A DNA stretch of 64,000 nucleotides. Origin: Spirochaetia bacterium (GTDB taxonomy: Bacteria; Spirochaetota; Spirochaetia; SZUA-6; Bin103). Below, piece after piece: positions 9,022 to 17,338 of this stretch. How positions within the stretch are numbered: the stretch's first letter is position 1; each line of letters starts with the position of its first letter. Made by a program: the position numbers and the translations under genes. A model generated the notes under the pieces. It saw only the letters and a list, made by a program, of their open reading frames with translations, was not told the DNA's origin and did no database searches. Location: the NCBI GenBank assembly GCA_965203905.1, contig CBDBDQ010000005.1, forward strand, positions 5,408,001 through 5,472,000. Reading direction: 5' to 3'.

Positions 9022-10312
9022 TGCGGTGACAGAGGCACCGCCGCTCGATGCGACGCTGGCGACATACCGCATCGAGACCCCGCTGGCGTTGGATAGAGCC
9101 CTGGGCATGCTCGCCGGCGAAGGATCCACGGGGACCTTCGTCCCGGTCCTCGGTGAGACCGACGCGCTGAAAGCCCGGTTCGCCAGCCGCATCGTAGAGG
9201 TGCGCGAGCTGCCGCCTTCACCTGCGGCGTCCCTGCCAAGTCGCAAAGACCCAGGTGGCGGTGCGACCTATCGGCGCGTGGAGGTCGACGTCAGCGTCCC
9301 GCTCGAGGCGACGGGAACGCAGCTGACCGCGGTTCTGGCCGCGGTAGCCGGCAACGTGTTCGAACTCGGCGAGGTGACCGGCATGCGTCTGACCGACCTG
9401 CGCCTCCCCCACGCCGTGCTCGCAACGCACCCGGGGCCGGCACACAGTGTCACGGGCACCCGTAGATTGAGCGGAGTCCCGGACGGGCCGATCATCGGCA
9501 CCATCATCAAACCCAGCATCGGGCTCACCCCGGAGCAGACCGCGCAACGCGCGGGCGAGCTGGCCGCAGCCGGCCTGGACTTCATCAAGGATGACGAGCT
9601 GCTGGCCGGTCCCGCGTACTCGCCGCTGCAGCAGCGGGTGCAGGCGGTCATGCCGGTGCTGCGGCAGGTGGCAGACCGCGCCGGCAGACAGGTCATGTAT
9701 GCGTTCAACATCACCGCAGACACGCTGGATGAGATGCTGCGCAACCATGACCTGGTACACGCTGCAGGCGGCACCTGTGTCATGGTCAGCATGCATCAGG
9801 TCGGAGTGACCGGCGTGCGCACGCTCCGCGAACGGTGCCGGCTGCCGATCCATGGGCATCGCAACGGCTGGGCGCAACTGACCCGCGCGCCCGCGCTGGG
9901 GCTGGAGTTCCGGGTCATGCAGCAGGTGTGGCGCCTGGCCGGCATCGACCACCTGCACGTCAACGGCATCGGTAACAAGTTCTGGGAAAGCGATGAGTCG
10001 GTCGTGGCTTCGCTGCGGTCCTGTCTGCAGCCACTGCGTGATGAGTCCGACCGCGCAGTGCCGGTGATCTCATCAGGTCAGTGGGGCGGACAGGCCCCGG
10101 CCACGCTGCGCAGGGGCGGGACACAGGACCTGATGTACCTGGCCGGTGGCGGAATCCAGGGGCACCCCGGCGGTATCGCGGCAGGCGTGAGCGCCGTACG
10201 TGCGGCGTGGCAGGCCGCCCGCGACGGAGTCGACCTGGCGGACGCCGCCCGCGACGTCCCGGAACTGGGCGCTGCACTCGACGCGTTCGGGGCCACACGG
10301 CGAGCGGAATGA
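9014..10312 (+). CDS. RuBisCO-like protein (form IV), OiaT/OiaX-type 3-oxo-isoapionate-4-phosphate enzyme
   Basis: GEGSTGTF, GTIIKPSIGL, DFIKDDE, IHGHRNGW, SSGQWG, GGGIQGHPGG; GTG start approximate. Confidence 0.85.
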   Translation: MTDAVTEAPPLDATLATYRIETPLALDRALGMLAGEGSTGTFVPVLGETDALKARFASRIVEVRELPPSPAASLPSRKDPGGGATYRRVEVDVSVPLEATGTQLTAVLAAVAGNVFELGEVTGMRLTDLRLPHAVLATHPGPAHSVTGTRRLSGVPDGPIIGTIIKPSIGLTPEQTAQRAGELAAAGLDFIKDDELLAGPAYSPLQQRVQAVMPVLRQVADRAGRQVMYAFNITADTLDEMLRNHDLVHAAGGTCVMVSMHQVGVTGVRTLRERCRLPIHGHRNGWAQLTRAPALGLEFRVMQQVWRLAGIDHLHVNGIGNKFWESDESVVASLRSCLQPLRDESDRAVPVISSGQWGGQAPATLRRGGTQDLMYLAGGGIQGHPGGIAAGVSAVRAAWQAARDGVDLADAARDVPELGAALDAFGATRRAE

Positions 10313-11712
10313 AACTCACCTACCTGGGAGACGACATCACCGGGACAGTCGCCGTCACGGAGGCGTTCTGCGAGTCCGGAGTGCGCAGCGTTGCGTTCCT
10401 GGAACCCCCGACCTCGGAGGATCTCACCGGGCGTTTCTCCGGTGTCATCGCCGCAGGAGTAGCCAGTGGCACCCGGAGCATGCCGCCTGACGCCCTCCGT
10501 CATGAAGTGCGCCGCATTGCGGGCAGCCTGGCGGAGCTGGGACCGCAGCTGTTCCTGTACAAGATCTGTTCCACCTTCGACTCGGCGCCGGAGACCGGCA
10601 GCATTGGTGCAGCCCTGGAGGAGTTGGCGTCGCTGTTTCCGTCGCGGGTGGTGCCGGTGTACCCGGCGGCGCCGCGCTTTGGCCGCTACACCCTGTTTGG
10701 CAACCACTTCGCGGCGCTCTGGGATGAGGTGCTGCGGATCGACCGGCATCCGTCGCTGGCCCGGCATCCGTCGACTCCGATGCAGGAGGCCGACCTGCGG
10801 CGGCATCTTGCCGCACAGACCGGCCTGCGCCAGCGCCTGGCTGACGTACGCACCGTTGCCGCGGGACCCGACCAACTCACCGCCGCCTACGTGGAGGGTG
10901 CCGCGGACGGCGACCTCGTTCTCACCGATACCCTGACGGCGCAACACGTCGACACGGTAGGCGAAGCGGTGTGGCGGTTGGTCGAGTCGGAGGAGACCAG
11001 ACTGGTGTGCGCCTCGCAGGAGCTTGTGTTCGGTCTGGTTGCGGCGTGGCGCCGGCGCGGATTCTCGCTGCGCCAGCGCATCCTGGACCCGCCTGCCGCG
11101 GCGCCGCGAGCGCTGCTTGCCGTGTCGGGCAGCGGCGCGCTCCAGACAGAACACCAGATCCAGCGTGCGGTGGACGGGGGTTTTCGCGAGATCGCGCTGC
11201 AGACACCCGGCCTGGCTGGGACCACCTGGAACGCTGAAGTGGCCCGGGTGACCCGGGAAGCCGGAGACCTGCTGGCGTCAGGGACGTCGGTGGTCGTGCA
11301 CACCGCGCGGGGGCCGGATGACCCGCGCATCCAGGCCACCCGCGACGCCGCCGGGAGCAGCGCGACGCGGCGCCTGGGAGAAACCGCGGCGCGTCTCATC
11401 CGCGACCTGGTGGCCGGCGGTCAGGCCCCCCGCATCGCCTTGCTCGGCGGCGACTTTTCCGGCGCAGTGCTGCGGGCGCTGCAGGCCACAGCGCTGGAGA
11501 TCGCGCATTCGTTCGCATCGCCGGCGCCGGTTACGTATCTGCATAGCAACGACCGTGAGCTGGACGGCCTGCAGGTGGGCCTCAAGGGCGGGCAGGCGGG
11601 GAGTCCGGATTGGCTGCTGGAGGTTGCCCGCCAACCAATTGCCTCCGCGCGTCAGCGCATCCCGGCCTGGGATCACGTGCTGGCAGACCCGTCCAGGAGC
11701 AGCACGGAGTAG
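10309..11712 (+). CDS. Four-carbon acid sugar kinase family (DUF1537), OiaK-like
   Basis: GDDITG, YKICSTFDS, RHPSTPMQEADL, GGDFS, LKGGQ; ATGA overlap with the RuBisCO-like gene. Confidence 0.85.
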   Translation: MKLTYLGDDITGTVAVTEAFCESGVRSVAFLEPPTSEDLTGRFSGVIAAGVASGTRSMPPDALRHEVRRIAGSLAELGPQLFLYKICSTFDSAPETGSIGAALEELASLFPSRVVPVYPAAPRFGRYTLFGNHFAALWDEVLRIDRHPSLARHPSTPMQEADLRRHLAAQTGLRQRLADVRTVAAGPDQLTAAYVEGAADGDLVLTDTLTAQHVDTVGEAVWRLVESEETRLVCASQELVFGLVAAWRRRGFSLRQRILDPPAAAPRALLAVSGSGALQTEHQIQRAVDGGFREIALQTPGLAGTTWNAEVARVTREAGDLLASGTSVVVHTARGPDDPRIQATRDAAGSSATRRLGETAARLIRDLVAGGQAPRIALLGGDFSGAVLRALQATALEIAHSFASPAPVTYLHSNDRELDGLQVGLKGGQAGSPDWLLEVARQPIASARQRIPAWDHVLADPSRSSTE

Positions 11713-11883
11713 GCAGGCAGCTCGAACTGCAGTGATGGTGCGTACCAAAGGAGCGTGGTCGTGGATGGGTACGTCGTCGATGAAGGCGACGTTCAGGCCA
11801 GACTGCCGGCCCCGTACCCCATCTCCCATCGGTCGATGGTGAACATCTCGAACGGTGGCCGGCTTGAGCCGGAGCCCACGAAG

Positions 11884-11918
11884 GCCGGGTTGCGGCTGGC
11901 AACAAGTCGCAACCCGGC
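11884..11918. terminator. Stem-loop between convergent genes
   Basis: GCCGGGTTGCGGCT-7nt-AGTCGCAACCCGGC. Confidence 0.55.
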
Positions 11919-11936
11919 GTCTATCTCGTGCGGGCG

Positions 11937-12440
11937 TCAGCTTGATGCGGGCGGGAACACTCCAGGATCGCTCCGGCCAAGCAAGGCCATCCCGACCTTG
12001 TTGACATGGTAAACCGCTTCAGCACTCAGGATCCGCTCGTGTCCCGACCCCGGATAGTGCGCGCAGTACGGACTCATGGGGTCGGCTGTGTTGCCGTCCC
12101 CCGCGGCGATCCGCATCTTGCGGCAGTCCAACGACTCCCACCACTCACCAACGCTTGTGTACCCACCCTGACCGTAGATCTCCGCCGCCGCGGCGTTGAC
12201 CTTCGTCTTGGTAATGCCGTCCAGCGCGTCGTACATCTTCTGCGCAGCGGCCTCCTGAGCGTCGGTCGCCCCGGTGCCATACAGCGCCGCTACCATCTGC
12301 GGGGCGGTCAGCGTGTTCCACCAGCGCATCGCGTAATCCACGTCCACTGCCGCCGATGGCAGGTGGCCGTGCCTGCACCCGGCCAGCAGCATCACCATCA
12401 GAAACAGCATGCCGGGAACAATACGAAGCAAACTCTTCAT
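11937..12440 (-). CDS. Hypothetical lipoprotein with two WWxxL repeats
   Basis: Signal peptide with LAGC lipobox; AAGGAGG ribosome-binding site; upstream TTGACC-17-CATACT promoter (12505-12477). Confidence 0.75.
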   Translation of the reverse strand: MKSLLRIVPGMLFLMVMLLAGCRHGHLPSAAVDVDYAMRWWNTLTAPQMVAALYGTGATDAQEAAAQKMYDALDGITKTKVNAAAAEIYGQGGYTSVGEWWESLDCRKMRIAAGDGNTADPMSPYCAHYPGSGHERILSAEAVYHVNKVGMALLGRSDPGVFPPASS

Positions 12441-12615
12441 TTGTGCCTCCTTGGACTTCAGACTGATATAGAGATGAGTATGCCTCCGGTCGCAGCCGCG
12501 GTCAATACTGAACCCGTCGTTCATCATCGTTCATCCATCGTCCGTTGGCACGGTCGATAGGGCCGTTGCGGCTGGTGCGCTGGCAGGGCCGCGCCGGCGG
12601 CGTATAATGCGGGCG

Positions 12616-13548
12616 ATGAAGCTGCGGCGATTGGGCAAGACCGGCTGGGACGTGAGTGCGGTGTCGATGGGCTGCTGGGCGCTGGGCGGGCAATGGGGGG
12701 CGGTGAGCGAGCGACAGGCGGTCGCCACCGTGCATGCCGCCCTGGATGCCGGGGTCAACCTGTTCGACACCGCCGACAGCTACGGCCTGGGGCAGAGCGA
12801 GCTGTTTCTGGGCAAGGCGCTGGCGGACCGCCGCAGCGCCGCCTACGTGGCCACCAAGGTGGGCAACTGGGCCCGCCGCGCCGGCGATCCGCCGGGACTG
12901 AAGAGCATCCACAGCATCATCGGGGGCTGCCACGCCAGCCTCTACCGGCTGGGGATCGACACCATCGACCTGTACCAGTGCCACCTGGCCACGCCCGAGC
13001 GTCCCGAGCTCTTCGTGGAGGCGTTCGAGCTGCTCAAGCGGCAGGGCAAGATCCGCCACTACGCGATCTCCACCAACGACCTGCGCGCGCTCCGGGCGCT
13101 CGACGTCAACGGCCAGTGCGCCGCCTGCCAGATCAACTACTCGATTCTGAACCGGTCCGCCGAGCGCGACATTCTGCCGTATTGCCGGGACCACGACATC
13201 GGCGTGCTGCTGCGCGGTCCGCTCGCCCAGGGGCTGCTGGCCGACAAGTTCGACGCGGACACCCGTTTCGAGGACTCCGTGCGCGCTGGCTGGAATCCCG
13301 GCGGCGAGCGCCGTTCGTACTTCCTGGCCCGGCTCGGCCTGGTGGCGCGGCTGCGCGACGTGCTGCGCCCGGGGCAGAACATGGCCGACCTGGCGCTGCA
13401 GTTCACGCTCGCGCACCCTGCGGTCACGTGCCCGATTCCCGGGATGAAGACCCCGGCGCAGGCGGGCGCCAACGCCGCGGCCGCGGACGGCGAGCTGGAC
13501 CACGAACAGCTCGCGGCCATCGCTGCCATTTGCCCGCCGGCCACGTAG
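12616..13548 (+). CDS. Aldo/keto reductase
   Basis: RRLGKTG, FDTADSYG, ATKVG, IDLYQCH, GPLAQGLL. Confidence 0.9.
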   Translation: MKLRRLGKTGWDVSAVSMGCWALGGQWGAVSERQAVATVHAALDAGVNLFDTADSYGLGQSELFLGKALADRRSAAYVATKVGNWARRAGDPPGLKSIHSIIGGCHASLYRLGIDTIDLYQCHLATPERPELFVEAFELLKRQGKIRHYAISTNDLRALRALDVNGQCAACQINYSILNRSAERDILPYCRDHDIGVLLRGPLAQGLLADKFDADTRFEDSVRAGWNPGGERRSYFLARLGLVARLRDVLRPGQNMADLALQFTLAHPAVTCPIPGMKTPAQAGANAAAADGELDHEQLAAIAAICPPAT

Positions 13549-13589
13549 CCGGCAGCAGCGGGCGGCCGCGTGAGCAGCAGGCAGCCACC

Positions 13590-14807
13590 GTGCAGCCGCC
13601 GTCGGCCGATCCCCAACACCGCGTGAGGCGTCCCCATCGGTCCCGCTGGCTGCGGTTGCCGCGCGCCTCCACCTGGATCGCCCTGGTGATCGGGCTCAAT
13701 GGCCTCACGCAGTTGGCATTCGGAGTAGGGCGGCTGGTGGCGCCGGACATCGTCGTGGTGCGCAACGAGAGCGGCGACGAAGTGTCCGGCCTGGCTCGGA
13801 TCTTCCTCGGCATCCTGCTCTTCCTGCTCGCCAAGCGCCTGTTCGAGCGCCGGCGCAGGGCCTGGGGCGCGTCGTTGATCCTCCTGGTCGTGGTTGCCGT
13901 GATCAACCTGCCGCCGGTAATCGCCGGGCAGAACCCCACCCTGCTGATATCGACGTTGCTGCTGATCGCGGCGCTGCTGGGGTTCCACCGCACCTTCTCG
14001 GTGCGCGCCGCGCGCCGTGTCAGCTATGGACAGGTGGTCGCGGCGATCGCGGTAGGGCTGGCACTGGCCTACGGCATCGTCGGTTCCTACCTGTTGCGGG
14101 ACCAGTTCAACGGCGTCGACGGCTGGTCCGACGCCGCGTACTTCGCCCTGGTAGCATACGTTACCCTGGGCTACGACTACGATGTCGCCGAGATCTATCC
14201 GGTCGGCAGCGATGCCAAGTGGTTCGTGGTGTCCATGTTCCTCATCGGCGTGACGCTGTTCATCACGGCGCTGTCGGTGACGCTGGGCCCGATTGTCGAG
14301 GGTCGCGTGAAGGGGGTGATGAGTCTGGTGAAACGGTTTCAGCGATTGAGCGATCACATTGTCGTGTGCGGCTACAGCGGGGTGGCTGCCAGCATCGTTG
14401 ACGAGCTGCGCGAGCGCGACGTGATCACGGTGATCATCGACGACCGGGAGCAACTGGTGCAGCAGCTGCGTGCCAAGGGGCACGACGTGCTGGAGGGCGA
14501 TGCGACGCTGCGCGAGACGCTGCTGGACGCCAACGTGGTCACCGCACAGGCGGTGATCGCCAGCTACGACAGTGACTCGATGAACACCCTGGTGGCGGTC
14601 AACGCCAAGGACCTGCGCGACGACAGGCCCGAGGTGCAGTACGCGATCCTGGCGCGCATCGAGGACGAGGAGAACGTGGACAAGGTACGCCGCCTGGGCG
14701 TGGATCAGGTGATTTCGCCGTCCACGCTCGGCGGCAGGCTGCTCGCGGAGCGGGCGGTGGAACTGGGCGGGCGTACCGCGGCGAAGCCGGCAGGAGATGA
14801 ACGATGA
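13590..14807 (+). CDS. Kch-like multi-TM ion channel with C-terminal RCK (TrkA-N) domain
   Basis: Several TM helices, pore helix DAAYFALVAYVTLGY, RCK region HIVVCGYSGVA...EGDAT...ANV...GVDQVISP; start approximate. Confidence 0.8.
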   Translation: MQPPSADPQHRVRRPHRSRWLRLPRASTWIALVIGLNGLTQLAFGVGRLVAPDIVVVRNESGDEVSGLARIFLGILLFLLAKRLFERRRRAWGASLILLVVVAVINLPPVIAGQNPTLLISTLLLIAALLGFHRTFSVRAARRVSYGQVVAAIAVGLALAYGIVGSYLLRDQFNGVDGWSDAAYFALVAYVTLGYDYDVAEIYPVGSDAKWFVVSMFLIGVTLFITALSVTLGPIVEGRVKGVMSLVKRFQRLSDHIVVCGYSGVAASIVDELRERDVITVIIDDREQLVQQLRAKGHDVLEGDATLRETLLDANVVTAQAVIASYDSDSMNTLVAVNAKDLRDDRPEVQYAILARIEDEENVDKVRRLGVDQVISPSTLGGRLLAERAVELGGRTAAKPAGDER

Positions 14808-16120
14808 GCACCGATCTTGCGCGGCACATTCAGGAGACGCCGCTGGTCGACACCCATGAGCACCTGAAACGGGAGCCGGTGTGGCTGGATGACGGACCGG
14901 ACATCCTGCAGGACCTGTTCGACAACTACGTAAGTGCCGACCTGCGGACCGCCGGGGCGTCCCCGGAGGCCATGCGGCGCCTGCTCGACGCTTCCGACCC
15001 CGACATCGCCGGCCGCTTCCGCGGCATCGAAGCGGCGTGGCGGGCCACGCAGTTCACCGGCTACGGCGAGGCGGCGCGGCTGATCGCCCAGCAGCTCTAC
15101 GGCATCGACGAATTGAGCGGCGCGGCCCTGGCCGCCGCGGCCGGAAGGACCGCCGAGCTGCGCCGGCCGGGCGAACGCTACCGCCTGCTGCACGACGTGG
15201 CCAATCTGGACCAGGTGCAGACCGACGACCTCTGCTGGCCGTGCCTGCCGGATCACTCCGGACTCGACTTCTTCCTCTACGACCTGTCCTGGTTCTCGCT
15301 GTGCCGGGGCGACGTGGAGCCGCAGCCGCTCCACGATGAGACCGGCGTGGAAGTTTGCGACCTGGCCAGCCTCAGGCGGGCCATGGAGACGATCTTCGAG
15401 AAGCACGCGCCGTGCGCGATCGCGGTCAAGTCACAGCACGCCTACGCCCGCACGCTGGAGTGGCGCGAGCGCAGCGACGGCGAGGCCGCCGCCGCGCTGG
15501 ACGCGGTCCTGCGACAGCCGTCAGAGCAGGTCGACCGTGCAACCTGGCTCTGCCTCGGCGACTGGTGCTGGGCGCGCGGCGTGGAGCTGGCGATCGAGCA
15601 CAACCTGCCGTTCAAGATCCACACCGGCTACTACGCCGGCAACGACCGCATGCCGACTCCGTGGATTGCGGCCGGCAACATGTGCGCGCTGTTCGAGCGC
15701 TACCTCGATGCCAGGTTCGTCCTGATGCACATCGCCTATCCCTACAGCGACGAGCTGGCGGCGCTGGCCAAGCACTACCGCAACATCTGGGTGGACCTGT
15801 GCTGGGCCTGGAGCATCGACCCCTACAGCGCGCGCGACTTCGTGCGCCGCTTCATCCACGCGGTGCCGATCAACAAGCTGTTCGCCTTCGGCGGCGACAC
15901 GAGCTGGCCCGGCGCCGCGCTGGCCTACGCGCTGCAGGCCCGCCGCGGGATCCGCAACGCGCTCGAAGCGGAGATGGCCGACGGCGCACTGGACGAGCGC
16001 CAGGCGATGGCGATCGCCACCCGCATCATGCGCGACAACCAGTACGCCTGCTTCGACGTCGAGGGCACCAGGAACAACATCCGCGGCGCTGCCAGCGCCC
16101 GCGCGGCAGGTCGCGGCTAA
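14804..16120 (+). CDS. Amidohydrolase family protein (uronate isomerase-like fold)
   Basis: DTHEH, KIHTG, FVLMHIAYP, DLCWAW, FGGD. Confidence 0.8.
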   Translation: MSTDLARHIQETPLVDTHEHLKREPVWLDDGPDILQDLFDNYVSADLRTAGASPEAMRRLLDASDPDIAGRFRGIEAAWRATQFTGYGEAARLIAQQLYGIDELSGAALAAAAGRTAELRRPGERYRLLHDVANLDQVQTDDLCWPCLPDHSGLDFFLYDLSWFSLCRGDVEPQPLHDETGVEVCDLASLRRAMETIFEKHAPCAIAVKSQHAYARTLEWRERSDGEAAAALDAVLRQPSEQVDRATWLCLGDWCWARGVELAIEHNLPFKIHTGYYAGNDRMPTPWIAAGNMCALFERYLDARFVLMHIAYPYSDELAALAKHYRNIWVDLCWAWSIDPYSARDFVRRFIHAVPINKLFAFGGDTSWPGAALAYALQARRGIRNALEAEMADGALDERQAMAIATRIMRDNQYACFDVEGTRNNIRGAASARAAGRG

Positions 16121-17334
16121 GGCCGCTTGCCCCGCGGTCTGCTGACGATCTTGCGCAGCGCCGTTCTGGCGGACACCACCGTTCCTGCAAGGATGTCCTC
16201 CTCCGTGATCCGCGCGAACAGGATCTCGCCGTCCGTGGCGCGGTTGCGATCGTACTGCACGTAGAGGTAACCGTCGGGCGCCAGGGCCACGTCCGGGTAG
16301 GAAATCTGGTGCCGTTCATCGAGCAGGAATCCGGCACTCCAGGTGGCGCCGTCATCATCCGAAAGATACGCGGTGAGATGCGAGCGCCGGTCGCTCCCCT
16401 GGTCGATCCTGGTACCGTGCTTGACCAGCAGCAGCCGCCCGGAGTGCAGGCGGCGAATGTGAAAGCGGCTTGACCTGGCGCTTCCTACCGGGCCGGTTCC
16501 GCTGCGCGGTCGGGGCACGGTCGAAGTCACATGACCGATGCCCGAAGGTCTCGGCTTACTCCACGTGTGACCGAAATCGGTGGAGAAACTCTCCCCGATG
16601 CCGTCCATGGTACGAGACAGCATCCAGATCACGTTGTCGGTTCGTTCCACTACCATGTGTTCGTTGAATTCGCTGTCGGGAAAGATCACGCAGCCGCGCC
16701 AGCCCCAGGTGCGTCCGTGGTCCGGGGAGACGAACACGCTCGCTCCTCGAATTGGATCGAGCTCGTGAAAGCAGTGGCGAAACGGATCCGAAACGTGCCA
16801 CCGTTCCCACAACGAAACCGGAAGCATCCAGGCGTCGTTCGACAACACGATGGGCTTGTTCAAGGAGGCTCCAATGCCTATGTAGGTGGGTTCGGTCCAA
16901 ACCAGTTCAGCAGCGTCCGGAGCATCACAACGGATGTACCAGTTACTGGCGCAGCCATCGAACATCTCAAAGCTCTGCTTGAAAAAAAACCACAGCCGGC
17001 CCCTCGGATCGCACCAGAAATTGCCGACCCGCGAGCAACGCTCATAGGGCAGATCTTGGCGGTGCGGATCGACGACGAAATACGGTTCAGTCCAGTGTTC
17101 ACCGTCATCGTCGCTGTAAGCGACCACCAGAAACGCCGCGGAACTGTCGCCTCCGCCGACCCAGCAGGACCACAAGCGGCCCCCTTGAGTGCGCTCGATG
17201 CTCTGTGTCATGCCGTAATCGAGATGATCGTAGTCGTACTCGGGCAACGGCGAATAGTTGATGACCGGTTGCTCGCGGATCCTCTCCAGGAGCTGCTGGG
17301 TGACCATCGATGTATCCTGCACTTTTTCCTCCAT
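16117..17334 (-). CDS. BNR/Asp-box sialidase-fold protein (paralog 1)
   Basis: Asp boxes SDDDGEHW, SPDHGRTW, STDFGHTW, SDDDGATW; ISYPD; YDRNR. Confidence 0.85.
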   Translation of the reverse strand: MEEKVQDTSMVTQQLLERIREQPVINYSPLPEYDYDHLDYGMTQSIERTQGGRLWSCWVGGGDSSAAFLVVAYSDDDGEHWTEPYFVVDPHRQDLPYERCSRVGNFWCDPRGRLWFFFKQSFEMFDGCASNWYIRCDAPDAAELVWTEPTYIGIGASLNKPIVLSNDAWMLPVSLWERWHVSDPFRHCFHELDPIRGASVFVSPDHGRTWGWRGCVIFPDSEFNEHMVVERTDNVIWMLSRTMDGIGESFSTDFGHTWSKPRPSGIGHVTSTVPRPRSGTGPVGSARSSRFHIRRLHSGRLLLVKHGTRIDQGSDRRSHLTAYLSDDDGATWSAGFLLDERHQISYPDVALAPDGYLYVQYDRNRATDGEILFARITEEDILAGTVVSARTALRKIVSRPRGKRP

Positions 17335-17338
17335 CGTC

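Noticed and set aside
9014-10312. True carbon-fixing RuBisCO
   Set aside because: Motifs and neighbours (DUF1537 kinase, oxidoisomerase) indicate form IV; no cbbS or prk nearby.
7778-12600. Integrative element at tRNA-Glu or tRNA-Lys
   Set aside because: No integrase gene, and I could not see a duplicated tRNA 3' end (att site) by eye. Only a hotspot-like context is claimed.
12693-13589. 704-aa N-terminally extended channel ORF, and similar extensions on 48635, 46602, 44902, 8813 and 10081
   Set aside because: The extensions overlap real neighbouring genes or intergenic DNA and have junk composition, so starts were reassigned.
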